Source: an uncultured Candidatus Rokubacteria bacterium (lineage in GTDB: Bacteria; Methylomirabilota; Methylomirabilia; Rokubacteriales; CSP1-6). From it: DNA of 64,000 nucleotides. A program made the translations under genes and the position numbers. Shown one piece after another: positions 21,951 to 31,785 of this stretch (within the stretch, counting starts at the first letter, position 1; every line of letters begins with the position of its first letter). Location of the stretch: positions 768,001-832,000 of the forward strand of contig CAVWWD010000008.1 of the NCBI GenBank assembly GCA_963758635.1, read 5' to 3'. The notes beneath the pieces are model-generated. The model saw only the letters and a list, made by a program, of their open reading frames with translations. It ran no database searches and was not told the DNA's origin.

Positions 21951-23171
21951 ATGCCGCAGGTCGCTGCCGCAGAGCGCCTCCCCGTTGACGTCGACGCTCA
22001 CGCCCCGGTGCAGGCCGCCCTGGCGCTCGGCCCGGCCATCCGCGGGTGCCACGACGAGATCGAGCGCGAGCAGCGGCTGCCGAAGGCGCTGGTCGAGCAG
22101 TTCCACGCCGCCGGCTTCTACAGCATGGTCATCCCGCGCGCGCTGGGCGGCCTGCAGGCCGACCCGCTGACCTACCTGCGTGTCGTCGAGGTCCTGGCCG
22201 AGAGCGCGGGCTCCGTGGGCTGGAACATCGCCAATAACACCATCGGCCAGCTCGTGACGCTCGGGCTGCCCGACGACGGCGTCCGCGAGATCTACGCGAC
22301 CGGCGCCGACACCGTGATCGCGGGCACCGCGGTGATGGGCGGGGGGCGGGCCGTGCCGGTCGATGGCGGCTACCGCGTCAGCGGGCGCTGGCGCTTCGGC
22401 AGCGGCTGCCAGGAGAGCGCGTGGATGCTGGGCAGCTTCCAGATCCTCGACGGAGACCAGGTGCGCCGGAGCCCCGACGGCGCCTTCGCGTTCTGGCGCG
22501 GGGTCTTTCCGCGCTCGGAGGCCCACGTCGTCGACGGGAGCTGGGACGTGTCCGGCCTGCGGGGCACCGGGAGCTTCGACTGGACGGTCGAGGACGTGTT
22601 CCTGCCCCAGCGCCGCGTGATGATCCACGCCGGCGTGCCGCTCGATAACCAGTGGAGCCGGTGGCCGGGGATCTCGTACGCGCTCCCCGCCCAGGCCTGG
22701 GTCGGGCCGCACCACAGCGCGGTGATCACGGGCATCGCGCGCGCGGGCATCGACGCGCTGGTCGAGCTGGCCGGCGGCAAGACGCCGCGCGGCCGCACCG
22801 GCCTCCTCTGCGAGAACCCGCAGGTCCAGGACGCGGTGGGACGCGCCGACGCCATGCTGAACGCCGGACGCGTCTACCGGAGCGCGATGATCGCCGAGCT
22901 GTGGAACACGATCGCCGCCGGCCAGGAGACCACCCGCGAGCAGCGCGCGCGCTGCCGGCTCGCCGCGGTGTACGCCGCGGACAGCGCGCGCGGCGCGATG
23001 GACCTGATGTACCGGCACGGCGGGAGCACCTCGTTCGAGCGCGAGAGCCGTCTCGCCGAGTGCTGGCGCGATCTCCACGTCGTCGGCCAGACCGTCACGA
23101 TCGCCCCCGAGTGGTACCCGATCGGGGGCCGCGTGTACCTCGGAATGGACCCCGGCCCGCGGCTCCGCTAG
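21951..23171 (+). CDS. Acyl-CoA dehydrogenase-fold flavin-dependent hydroxylase (HsaA-like)
   Basis: GYRVSGRWRFGSGC, WDVSGLRGTGS, CWRDLH. Confidence 0.88.
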   Translation: MPQVAAAERLPVDVDAHAPVQAALALGPAIRGCHDEIEREQRLPKALVEQFHAAGFYSMVIPRALGGLQADPLTYLRVVEVLAESAGSVGWNIANNTIGQLVTLGLPDDGVREIYATGADTVIAGTAVMGGGRAVPVDGGYRVSGRWRFGSGCQESAWMLGSFQILDGDQVRRSPDGAFAFWRGVFPRSEAHVVDGSWDVSGLRGTGSFDWTVEDVFLPQRRVMIHAGVPLDNQWSRWPGISYALPAQAWVGPHHSAVITGIARAGIDALVELAGGKTPRGRTGLLCENPQVQDAVGRADAMLNAGRVYRSAMIAELWNTIAAGQETTREQRARCRLAAVYAADSARGAMDLMYRHGGSTSFERESRLAECWRDLHVVGQTVTIAPEWYPIGGRVYLGMDPGPRLR

Positions 23172-23256
23172 CTCGGCCGGGCTCAGGGGAGTCGACGACG
23201 ACGCTGCGTACGACGGGAGGGCCCTAGGCAGTGCACCCAGGCCGAAGGAGGGCGTC

Positions 23257-23511
23257 ATGGTGATGTTCATCATCTGGTATGTGATCGTGGGGTTCATCGT
23301 GGGGCTGATCGCGCGCGCGGTGCTGCCGGGGGCGGATCACATGGGGATGATCGCCACGACCGTCGTGGGCATCGTTGGCTCGGTCATCGGCGGGCTCATC
23401 GGAGGGGTGATCAGCCGGCCCGCGTCCGGCGCGAAGGTCCATCCCGCCGGGCTCCTGATGTCGGTCGTGGGCGCGGTCGTGCTCCTGTTCCTCCTGCGCA
23501 TGCTCCGGTAG
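23257..23511 (+). CDS. GlsB/YeaQ/YmgE family stress-response membrane protein
   Basis: 84 aa; GFIVGLIARAVLPG, GIVGSVIGG, SVVGAVVLL. Confidence 0.9.
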   Translation: MVMFIIWYVIVGFIVGLIARAVLPGADHMGMIATTVVGIVGSVIGGLIGGVISRPASGAKVHPAGLLMSVVGAVVLLFLLRMLR

Positions 23512-23646
23512 GGCCGCTTCTCGACGACGCGAGCCACTTCGCCTCCTGCGCCGCGGCCGGCCATCCCACGTGGCCGGCCGTCGCGCGCGGCGGCGGCGTC
23601 CCGCGGAAGCTCGTGTGTCTGGAGTCGTACTGGTGTCCGGTCGCGT

Positions 23647-23973
23647 TCAGGGATGCGGGCCCCAGGGCGCGGCGGTCAGGAGCTTGACCTCCTGGGACGC
23701 CAGCAGCGGCCGGAACTTCGTGGCGAAGCCTTCGATGAAGTCCCGGTTGGCATATACTGCGGCCCAGTGCGCGCGGCGATCCGCGTCGTCGTCGAACTTC
23801 CACAGATGGACGAGCTGATTGATGGTGCCGGTGTCGGCCTGGAAGTAGCCGATGAGCTTCCGATCCTGGCCGCCCTTCTGGAGCGCCGGGAAGCCCAGCT
23901 CGGTGTAGAGCTTCACGGCCTCGGCCATCTTGCCGACGTGGAGCGTGTAGGTCCGCATCTCATAGACGGTCAT
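23647..23973 (-). CDS. NIPSNAP family protein
   Basis: YEMRTYTL..G, G..NQLVHLW. Confidence 0.88.
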   Translation of the reverse strand: MTVYEMRTYTLHVGKMAEAVKLYTELGFPALQKGGQDRKLIGYFQADTGTINQLVHLWKFDDDADRRAHWAAVYANRDFIEGFATKFRPLLASQEVKLLTAAPWGPHP

Positions 23974-24119
23974 GGGGGGTCCTTTCGAGCTGTGACCTGG
24001 CTGTGATGGTCGTCGAGATTCGCGTGAGCACGCAGGGGCGCGATGTCGCCCGCGTGGCCAGGGCTGAAGCTGCTTGAGGTGGAAAATGTAACACGTGGGA
24101 AATGTGATAGGAGGGTGAC

Positions 24120-25172
24120 ATGAAAGGCGTCGTGTTCCTCGGAGACCGGAAGCTGGAGCTCAGGGAGTTCGCGGATCCGACCCCTGGCCCGAGAGACGTG
24201 ATCCTCGAGATCAAGGCCTCGGGCATGTGCGGCAGCGACCTGCACAACTACCGCGCGCCGGCCCAGCCGGCGGGCGCGGTGACCGGCGGCATCCGGCGCC
24301 AGGCCGGCGTGATCGCGGGCCACGAGCCGTGCGGCGTGGTGGCCGCGGTGGGCGCCGGCGTCACCGAGAGGGAGGCCCGCGTCGGCGAGCGCGTGATGGA
24401 CCACCACTACGACGGCTGCGGCAACTGCAAGCACTGTCGGGCCGGCTGGACCCAGATGTGCCTCGAGGGCACGGTGGTGTACGGCTCCGGCGGGCATGGT
24501 GGCCACGCCCGGTACATGAAGGTGCCGGTGTCCACGCTGGTGGCGCTGCCGGACGCGCTGTCCTTCGTCACCGGCGCGGCGATCTCGTGCGGCACCGGCA
24601 CCGCGTGGGGCGCGCTCCGCCGGCTCAACCTGCAGGGCGGCGAGACGATCGCCATCTTCGGCCAGGGGCCGGTGGGGCTGTCGGCCACCCAGCTCGCCGT
24701 GGAGATGGGCGCGCGCGTCATCGCCCTCGACATCTCGCCGGAGCGGCGGAAGCTCGCGGGCGAGTTCGGCGCTCACCACGTGATCGACGCCGGCGAGGGG
24801 GACGTCGTGGCGGCGATCCGGGACCTGACCCACGGCGAAGGGGCGCACAAGACGCTCGACGCGTCCTCGGCGCCGGCCGCACGGGCCGCGGCCGTGCGGG
24901 CGGTGCGCTCGTGGGGCACCGCGTGCTTCGTCGGCGAGCGCGGCCAGGTGACGCTCGACGTGAGCCCGGACCTCCTGCGGCGCCAGGTGACGCTCGTCGG
25001 CTCCTGGACGTTCTCCAAGCAGGGTCAGGCCGAGTGCGCCGAGTTCGTCGCCGATCGGAAGGTGGACGTGGAGCGGCTCTTCACCCACCGCTGGACGCTC
25101 GATCAGGCCGAGGAGGCCTACAAGCTCTTCGACACGCAGACCACGGGCAAGGCGGTCATCCTGCCGTCCTGA
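24120..25172 (+). CDS. Zinc-binding alcohol dehydrogenase (MDR family)
   Basis: GMCGSDLH, GHEPCG, CGNCKHC..C, GQGPVG. Confidence 0.93.
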   Translation: MKGVVFLGDRKLELREFADPTPGPRDVILEIKASGMCGSDLHNYRAPAQPAGAVTGGIRRQAGVIAGHEPCGVVAAVGAGVTEREARVGERVMDHHYDGCGNCKHCRAGWTQMCLEGTVVYGSGGHGGHARYMKVPVSTLVALPDALSFVTGAAISCGTGTAWGALRRLNLQGGETIAIFGQGPVGLSATQLAVEMGARVIALDISPERRKLAGEFGAHHVIDAGEGDVVAAIRDLTHGEGAHKTLDASSAPAARAAAVRAVRSWGTACFVGERGQVTLDVSPDLLRRQVTLVGSWTFSKQGQAECAEFVADRKVDVERLFTHRWTLDQAEEAYKLFDTQTTGKAVILPS

Positions 25173-25376
25173 CGATCGTCGAGGGAGGCCGCGCGTCGGG
25201 CGGATCCCGCGCCACGACGAGCCGGTCACGGCAGCCCGCGCCAGCGGCGGACCCCGGAGAGGATCTGCGGGTCGTGCCAGTCCCACAGCCGCTCGGGATG
25301 CGCGTCAACGTCGCGCGGCGACCGACACCCGCTCGCTACCGGACCTCGCCGGCAGCGACCCAGAGGAGAGTGCCCG

Positions 25377-26219
25377 ATGAGCTCGAGCCGTCGACCCGTT
25401 GCCGTCGTCGTGGGCGCAACGTCCAAGTGGCAAGCGGATGGCCGCAACACGCTGCTGGCCCACGGCAAGGCCGTGGACGACCGTGACCTGCCGGTCGGCG
25501 TGCGCTGGGGCGTCGGCGGCGCCATCGCGCAGAAGTTCGCGCAGGAGGGCTTCGCGGTGGTCCTGACGACCCGCAAGGCCGCCAACGCGGCCGCGCTGGA
25601 CGAGGCGATCCGCGCGAAAGGCGGGACGAGCGTGGTCGTCGAGCTGGACCTCGTCTCGCCGGAGTCCATCGCGAAGGCCTTCGCCACGGTCCGAGAGAAG
25701 GTCGGGGACCCCGAGGTCCTCGTCTACAACGCGGGGTATCTCGAGGGGCGGGACCTGCCGCCCGACAAGGAGCTCCTCGAGCACGTCCCCGACGAGATCT
25801 TCGAGACGGCGCAGCACATCGCGAGCCGCGGCCCCTTCCTGGTGGCGAAGGAGGTCCTGCCCACGATGCGCCGGCGCGGATCGGGCTCGTTCCTCATCTC
25901 GAACAACCAGTTCTCGCTCCGGGGCCGCAAGCGCCTCACCGGGCAGTCGCTCTACTATCCGCGCGTGATGATGCGCACGCTCGCGCAGGTGCTCACGGAG
26001 GAGTATTCCGAGCACGGCGTGCACGTCGCCAACGTCATCATCGACGGCCTGATCGACTCGCCGGGGACCCGGGCCCTCCCGCGCGCCCAGCAGCACCCGG
26101 AGGCGGTGATGAACCCGGTAAAGATCGCCGAGGCGTTCTACTACCTCCATACGCAGGACCGGTCGTGCTGGACGCACGAGCTGCAGCTCACGCCCTACTC
26201 GACCAGGCCGAGCGTCTAG
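25377..26219 (+). CDS. Atypical SDR family protein
   Basis: VVVGA..(insert)..GVGGAIA, YNAG, GVHVANVIIDGLID, WTHEL; YYPR in place of YxxxK. Confidence 0.8.
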   Translation: MSSSRRPVAVVVGATSKWQADGRNTLLAHGKAVDDRDLPVGVRWGVGGAIAQKFAQEGFAVVLTTRKAANAAALDEAIRAKGGTSVVVELDLVSPESIAKAFATVREKVGDPEVLVYNAGYLEGRDLPPDKELLEHVPDEIFETAQHIASRGPFLVAKEVLPTMRRRGSGSFLISNNQFSLRGRKRLTGQSLYYPRVMMRTLAQVLTEEYSEHGVHVANVIIDGLIDSPGTRALPRAQQHPEAVMNPVKIAEAFYYLHTQDRSCWTHELQLTPYSTRPSV

Positions 26220-26263
26220 TTTAGTCGCCACGGGGCCCGGCGGGCGGCACATCGGCTGCGCAG

Positions 26264-26634
26264 ATGATCGGCGTTGCCGTCCTCGTGCTGGTGGGACCCA
26301 CCGACCAGGAGGTGGATCGGGCGGAGGACACGCTCGAGAGCCTGTGGGCGTACGAGCCCGCGGTGGGCTGGTGCGTCCTCGTCGACGACTCGGTGGACGA
26401 TCGCCGGCTGAGCCGGCGTGTGCGTTGCCCGCCGACGGCGGAAGTGGTCAGCATCCCGAATCCGCGCCGCGGACGGGGCAACGGCCTCCTCGGGGGCACC
26501 TGTGCCGGCGTTCTGTCGGCGCTGTCCTGGATCCACGCGCACGCGGATCCGCAGTTCTGCCTCAGAAGAACGACCCCACGTTCAGCGAGGAAGAGATCCG
26601 CGCGTTCTTCTCGGCGCGCCGCGCGCGCAGATGA
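26264..26634 (+). pseudogene. Truncated gene remnant, possibly glycosyltransferase-like
   Basis: N-terminal DTLESLWAYEP..CVLVDD..; breaks at ~26565 into a short C-terminal-like piece (NDPTFSEEEIRAFF) in another frame. Confidence 0.35.
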
Positions 26635-26684
26635 CGCGCCGGCCCCGGGACCCGAGGACGGCCGCGGCCCGCCGGCCGCGAAGG

Positions 26685-27242
26685 CTAGGCGGGGAGCGCG
26701 GGCTCGGTGGCGTGCGCGGGGGCCTCCAACTCGTAGGTGTTCATGTTGTAGGCGAGCACCGCGTAGCAGGCGATCAGGTTGGTGAGCGTCATGACGCCGC
26801 GCTGGCCGAAACGAGCGGTGGCCGCGTCGAACGTGGGCCGGGTCACCTTGCGCGCCTGGAGCAGCTCGCGCGTGAAGTCCACAAGGATCCGCTCGTCGGC
26901 GTCGAGACCCGCGGGCGGACGCTTCTCGCGGATCGCGTCCACGACGTCGTCGCGCACGCCGGCCTGGCGGGCCGCGGCGGCGTGCGCGTACCAGATGAAG
27001 GCGCAGCCCATCTCCCGCGCCACCGAGATCATCACGAGCTCCTGGAGCCGCGGGGGCAGGCTCTCCTCGGCGCGGATGTAGGTGCGGAGCGCCTCGAGCC
27101 GTTGCGCCATCTCCGGCATGTGCAGGAGCAGCGAGTACGGCCCGACGTTCGGCCGGTTCGCCCGGCTGGCCATGAACGCGTCGTACGCGGCCTGTTCCCG
27201 GTCGGAGACCTGCTCACGAGTCGCGAGGGGTATGCGGGCCAT
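26685..27242 (-). CDS. Carboxymuconolactone decarboxylase family protein
   Basis: MARIP.., GPYSLLLH.PE, ELVMISVAR..C..IWYAH. Confidence 0.85.
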   Translation of the reverse strand: MARIPLATREQVSDREQAAYDAFMASRANRPNVGPYSLLLHMPEMAQRLEALRTYIRAEESLPPRLQELVMISVAREMGCAFIWYAHAAAARQAGVRDDVVDAIREKRPPAGLDADERILVDFTRELLQARKVTRPTFDAATARFGQRGVMTLTNLIACYAVLAYNMNTYELEAPAHATEPALPA

Positions 27243-27277
27243 GGAGCCTCCTTGACGGCCGTCCGCGGGCAAACGGC

Positions 27278-28153
27278 CTACATGCTGTCGAGGGCCTGCT
27301 TCATCTTGAGCGCGGCGTCGATGTGGTCGCGCGGCGAGGCGAGGCCCGAGTTCATCGTGTTCACGGAGAGGTGGGTCGCGCCGAGGTCGCGCCACTCGCG
27401 CGCCCGCTGCACCCATTCCGCGGGGCCGCCGATGGAGAGGGCGAAGCGTCCCTCGATGCCGACGGCGGACGGCGCGCGCCCGGCGGCCTGGATATAGCCG
27501 CGCAGCCGGTCCAGCGTCTGCCTGGCCTCGTCGCCGGGCTGAAACTGCGGGAACCACCCGTCGGCGACCTCGGCGAGGCGCTTGAGCACCGGCTCCACGG
27601 TGCCACCCATCCATACCGGGATCGGCCGCTGCACGGGCAGGGGGTTGATGCCGGCCCGGTCGATGTGGTGATACGCGCCGTCGAACGTGACGACGGGCTC
27701 GGTCCAGAGCTTGCGCATGACCGCGATCTGCTCGCTGACGCGCCGGCCGCGGGTGTGGAAGTCCTCGTTGAGGGCCTCGTACTCCACGTGGTTCCAGCCG
27801 ATGCCCACGCCGAGTCGCAGGCGGCCGCGCGTGAGCACGTCGACGGCGGCGGCCTGCTTGGCGACCAGCGCGGTCTGCCGCTGCGGCAGGATGATGACGC
27901 CGGTGACCAGCTCGAGCCGCTCCGTCACCGCGCCGAGGAATCCGAACAGGACGAACGGTTCGTGGAAAGCGCTCTGGTCGGTGTAGGGGGGCCGCCGGCC
28001 CAGCTTCTCGAAGCGCTCGAGCTTGCCGCCGAGCACGTGGTCGAACACGAGCAGGTGCTGATAGCCCGCGCCCTCCACGGCCTGCGCGTAGTCTCGGATC
28101 ACCGCGGGATCCGAGCCGATCTCCGTCTGCGGAAAGACCACGCCGATCTGCAT
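27278..28153 (-). CDS. LLM family oxidoreductase
   Basis: MQIGVVFPQTEIG, FDHVLG, ILPQRQTALVAKQAA, GIGWNHVEY. Confidence 0.92.
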   Translation of the reverse strand: MQIGVVFPQTEIGSDPAVIRDYAQAVEGAGYQHLLVFDHVLGGKLERFEKLGRRPPYTDQSAFHEPFVLFGFLGAVTERLELVTGVIILPQRQTALVAKQAAAVDVLTRGRLRLGVGIGWNHVEYEALNEDFHTRGRRVSEQIAVMRKLWTEPVVTFDGAYHHIDRAGINPLPVQRPIPVWMGGTVEPVLKRLAEVADGWFPQFQPGDEARQTLDRLRGYIQAAGRAPSAVGIEGRFALSIGGPAEWVQRAREWRDLGATHLSVNTMNSGLASPRDHIDAALKMKQALDSM

Positions 28154-28349
28154 GTGTCGTTCTCCTGTTCGTTGGAGGCTGTGCCGCACCGGCCCGCGAG
28201 CGAACGGTAGTGCGCCAGCCCCGCCCAGTCAAGCCGTCCGCCGCCGTCACCCGCAACGCGTCGGCGGGCGCTTGACAAGGCCGAACTCACCTCCCAGGAT
28301 GCGCTCCGCAGCTCCGCCTGGGCGCCGGCGAGATCCACTTCAGCGAGAC

Positions 28350-28600
28350 CTCACATCCCGCCCCCACCGCGTCCAGTCACTTCGCCATCGAGATCGACGA
28401 CTGGGACGGCATGATGTCCCACCCCGGCGCGCTGGGCATTCCCCACGTCCGGACAGTCCGCGGCGAGCGTCGCCACCAACCTCGCCGGGACCGATCCGAC
28501 CCAGGGACGCCGGGACTACAGCGGGGAGCACTACACCTATCTGCACGACCGGACGGGAACATGATCGAGCTGGTCCACCACCCCTGGGGCATGGAGGAAC
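28350..28600 (+). pseudogene. Degenerate VOC/glyoxalase remnant
   Basis: Fragments HFAIEIDDWD, YSGEHYTYLHD, DGNMIELVHHP in different frames; no start codon. Confidence 0.55.
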
Positions 28601-28654
28601 GCGCGCGGAAACAAGGTGACCATGCCGGTCGCCGACGGCCTCCGCTGGACCCTC

Positions 28655-28748
28655 CGTCGGGAATTTTTTCAGATTTGCCCCCGGTAGTAACGCACCGCCT
28701 TACAACCTATTGAAATCTCTGCGCTATGTCGGGTGGCATGATACCTGC
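28655..28748 (+). promoter_or_regulatory. Putative sigma54 promoter with IHF-like site and upstream enhancer-like box
   Basis: TGGCATG-ATAC-CTGC at 28734-28748; CAACCTATTGAAAT at 28703-28716; GTCGGGAATTTTTTCA at 28656-28671. Confidence 0.6.
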
Positions 28749-28821
28749 GAAGGGGTTATCCCGTCAGTAATTATCCCGTCATTGGATGGCTAAACCCCGC
28801 CAGGGGGCTGGGAGGAGAGCA

Positions 28822-29802
28822 ATGATCGGTCTGAGACGAGCGATGATCGGTGCACTGGTGGCGGCTGCGGGGCTGCTGGCGCAGCCAGCCCAAGCCGTGC
28901 AATTCACATGGTCCCAGCACGGAGGCTTCGAGTTCGGCAGCGGCACGCTCCGGGCCGGAGGCTTCTTCGGGGCCGACCTGCCGGCGGTGGCCGGCAACGG
29001 AGGGCTCGAGTACTTCGGGCCCCAGGGCGGGAACGCTCCCGCCAACACCTACCGCACGATCGGGTGGGGCTGCCCGCCCGACGGCAACGCCGATGGGAGC
29101 GTGGACGAGGCCACCTGCGCCGGCGGCGTGTCGGCGGAGGTGTTGGCCGCCAGCGACCCCGCGACGAACGCCGCGAGGAGCTCGCTGGTCGTGGACGTGT
29201 TCAACAGCGGCGAGAGCGGCGTGCTGGACTCCGAGACGGAAGTCTGGCGGGTGATCTCGAGGATCACCCACAACAACACCGTGCTCGACAACGAGGGCAA
29301 CTTGCTCGCCACCGTGTCGATCGCCGCCAGACTCATCGTGGACGCGGTCCCGCCCGTCGACGACCCCGACACCATTCCCATCGGCTTCCTCGAGACGCTC
29401 AACGTCAGTGACTGCACCGAGACATCGGACCCGCTCGGCTCGCAGTGCGACGACGTGTTCACGTTCGCCGGCGACTTCAATGCGGTGCCGTTCTCGCACG
29501 GGGGCGAGGACTTCGCCCTCGAGTTCCGCCTGCGCCCCACCGCGGCGTGCTCGACGCCCGCGGGAAGCCAGGGCACCATCGCGATCTTCCAGTGCTTCGA
29601 CAGTCCCGACCACCGCATCGCGATCGACCTCGCCAATTTCCAGGCGTGGGCGATGGAGGGCTTCGACAGCGCCTTTCAGGTCGAGATGCGAGTGGTCGGC
29701 ACCCCGCGTACGGACGTCCCCATGCCCGCAGGAGTTGTGCTCATCGTGGCCGGAATCGCCGGCTGGGGGATTCGCGCCTGGCGCCGCCGCGGGATGGCGT
29801 GA
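28822..29802 (+). CDS. Secreted THxN/choice-of-anchor-K-like protein with PEP-CTERM-like (VPMPA) sorting signal
   Basis: Signal peptide ..AQPAQA; RITHNN, FLETLN..C..CDDVF; C-terminal VPMPAG + TM helix + RAWRRR. Confidence 0.75.
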   Translation: MIGLRRAMIGALVAAAGLLAQPAQAVQFTWSQHGGFEFGSGTLRAGGFFGADLPAVAGNGGLEYFGPQGGNAPANTYRTIGWGCPPDGNADGSVDEATCAGGVSAEVLAASDPATNAARSSLVVDVFNSGESGVLDSETEVWRVISRITHNNTVLDNEGNLLATVSIAARLIVDAVPPVDDPDTIPIGFLETLNVSDCTETSDPLGSQCDDVFTFAGDFNAVPFSHGGEDFALEFRLRPTAACSTPAGSQGTIAIFQCFDSPDHRIAIDLANFQAWAMEGFDSAFQVEMRVVGTPRTDVPMPAGVVLIVAGIAGWGIRAWRRRGMA

Positions 29803-29873
29803 GCGCCGGACCACGTCGCGCGTGATCGCTCCCGGCGGCAGTCGAACTTCTTGACCCTCGCATAGCACTGAGA

Positions 29874-29907
29874 CACGGCCGGCGCCGTTCACGCGGCGCC
29901 GGCCGTG
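29874..29907. terminator. Perfect 14-bp GC hairpin between convergent genes
   Basis: CACGGCCGGCGCCG-TTCACG-CGGCGCCGGCCGTG; no U-tract. Confidence 0.45.
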
Positions 29908-29960
29908 AGCGCTTCGCCGAGGCGGAGGGGTTCGGGGCGGGCAGGGAGCTGCCTTCGGCT

Positions 29961-31643
29961 TCAGCCGCGCCGGCTGGCCCGCAGCACCCGGCCCGGGAGC
30001 GCGCCGGTGTGCTGGTTCCCGCTGAACACGACTTGTCCGTTCACCACGACGTGATCCACGCCCTCGGCGCGCTGGATGCGGCGCTGGGTGCCCGACGGCC
30101 CGTCGTTGGTCGCCTCGTCCTCGCCCACCCCGATGCGCGCCAGGTCGAACACCATGAGGTCGGCGGCCATGCCCTCGTGGATGAGGCCGCGGTCGGAGAG
30201 GCCGAGGATGCGGGCGGGCTGGAATGTCATGCGACGGACGGCGTCCTCCAGCGTCATCAGCTCGCGCTCGCGGACCCACTGGCTCAGCACGTAGCTGGAC
30301 TCGCCCGCCGTGCAGAAGTTCGTGTTGAGGTGCGCGCCGGCGTCGGACTGGGACGGCAGCGCGTGCCCGCGCTTGACCATGTCGGCCAGCGCAGCCTCCT
30401 CCTCGGCCGATCGCGTCCCGAGCTGGAACTCGGTGGCGAGGTCTTCCTCGAGCGCCAGGTCGAGCATCACGTCGGCCACGTGCCGGCCTGTCTGGTCGGC
30501 GATGTCCTTCAGCCCGCGGCCAAGGAGCGCGCGATTCTTATCGAGCTTCACGTGGTTGACCACGATCGAAGCCCAGGACACGTAGCGGCCGGGCACGCCG
30601 GGCCGGCGCCGCTGCCGCTGCGTCGCCGCCTCGCGGAGCGCGGCGCGCCGCTCCGGGGAGCGCAGCGCGGCCAGCTTCGCCTCATGAGGCAGGTCCATGA
30701 CGGCGTCCCAGACGTCGAGGTTCTTGAAGAACGTGGTGTGCCGGAGGGTGAAGCGCGGGTTGAAGGGGGTCGCACGTAGCAGGTTGTAGAGCTCCAGGCC
30801 GTCCTGCGCGGCCGACTCGACGAAGTCGCGGGCGTGGGCGTCGAAGCCCAGGAAGAAGACGGGCCGGCCGCTCGCGCGCGCCACGTCGCGCAGGTGCTTC
30901 TGGTCGGCCTCGTCCGGCCGGGCCACCGACGGGGGCAGGATCTCGATGACGCCGCGGTTGTAGTCGCCGAGCGTCCGGGCCAGCGCCAGGCGCTCGGCGT
31001 CGTCGGCGAGTCGGCTCGGGACGGGCGCGCCCGTTGGGCCGGCGTGGGTCGGCGAGTTCGTGGTGCTCCATCCCCAGGCGCCGGCCTCCAGCGACTCGGC
31101 GAGCAGCCGCTGCATCGCGGCGATCTCGCCGGCGGTGGCCGCCCGGTCCCACGACGCCTCGCCCATGGCGCCGAGGCGCAGCGGGTTGTGCCCGACGAGC
31201 GGCACCAGGTTGAGCCCGAGCCCCTGGTCGATGGCGTCCAGGTAGTCCCCGAAGTTCTCCCACGTCCACGGGATCACCGCGGCGAGGGACGCCACCGGCA
31301 GGTCCTCCACGCAGCAGAACGTGGCCAGCATCCCCTCGCGGTGCTCGGGCTTCAGCGGGGCAAGGGTCAACCCGCAGTTGCCCATCAGGACGGTGGTGAC
31401 GCCGTGCCAGATGGACGACGTGCAGAGCTTGTCCCAGAACGGCTGCGCGTCGTAGTGCGTGTGGGTGTCGATCATGCCGGGGGCCACGAAGCGCCCCTCC
31501 GCGTCGATCGTCGTGGCCGCCGCGCCGCGGATGCGTCCCACCTCCACGATGCGGCCGTCCCGGATCGCGACGTCCGCGCGATACCTCGGGAAGCCGGTCC
31601 CGTCGACGACCATGCCGTTCGTGATGACCAGGTCGAAGGCCAT
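29961..31643 (-). CDS. N-acyl-D-amino-acid deacylase family amidohydrolase
   Basis: VVDGTG, PGMIDTHTHYD, GVTTVLMGNCG, SDAGAH. Confidence 0.9.
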   Translation of the reverse strand: MAFDLVITNGMVVDGTGFPRYRADVAIRDGRIVEVGRIRGAAATTIDAEGRFVAPGMIDTHTHYDAQPFWDKLCTSSIWHGVTTVLMGNCGLTLAPLKPEHREGMLATFCCVEDLPVASLAAVIPWTWENFGDYLDAIDQGLGLNLVPLVGHNPLRLGAMGEASWDRAATAGEIAAMQRLLAESLEAGAWGWSTTNSPTHAGPTGAPVPSRLADDAERLALARTLGDYNRGVIEILPPSVARPDEADQKHLRDVARASGRPVFFLGFDAHARDFVESAAQDGLELYNLLRATPFNPRFTLRHTTFFKNLDVWDAVMDLPHEAKLAALRSPERRAALREAATQRQRRRPGVPGRYVSWASIVVNHVKLDKNRALLGRGLKDIADQTGRHVADVMLDLALEEDLATEFQLGTRSAEEEAALADMVKRGHALPSQSDAGAHLNTNFCTAGESSYVLSQWVRERELMTLEDAVRRMTFQPARILGLSDRGLIHEGMAADLMVFDLARIGVGEDEATNDGPSGTQRRIQRAEGVDHVVVNGQVVFSGNQHTGALPGRVLRASRRG

Positions 31644-31785
31644 GCGCTGTCTCCTCACATGCGCGCGACGCGCGCGTCCGCGAGAACGAGGGAGAGGGGA
31701 TCCGCTGCCGAGGATAGGCCGGAACGGGGTCGCCGGACAAGACGCCACCGCGCGGTCTCGGGCTGTGAGAGCTGCAGGTCGAGGA

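Noticed and set aside
25173..25376. Possible gene fragment on the minus strand (DAHPERLWDWHDPQIL)
   Set aside because: Too short, and I cannot assign it to any family.
28340..28546. Minus-strand ORF starting MQIGVVLP, resembling the adjacent LLM start MQIGVVFP (possible duplication or variable cassette)
   Set aside because: The DNA is not similar beyond chance, and the + strand carries recognisable VOC remnants; treated as coincidence.
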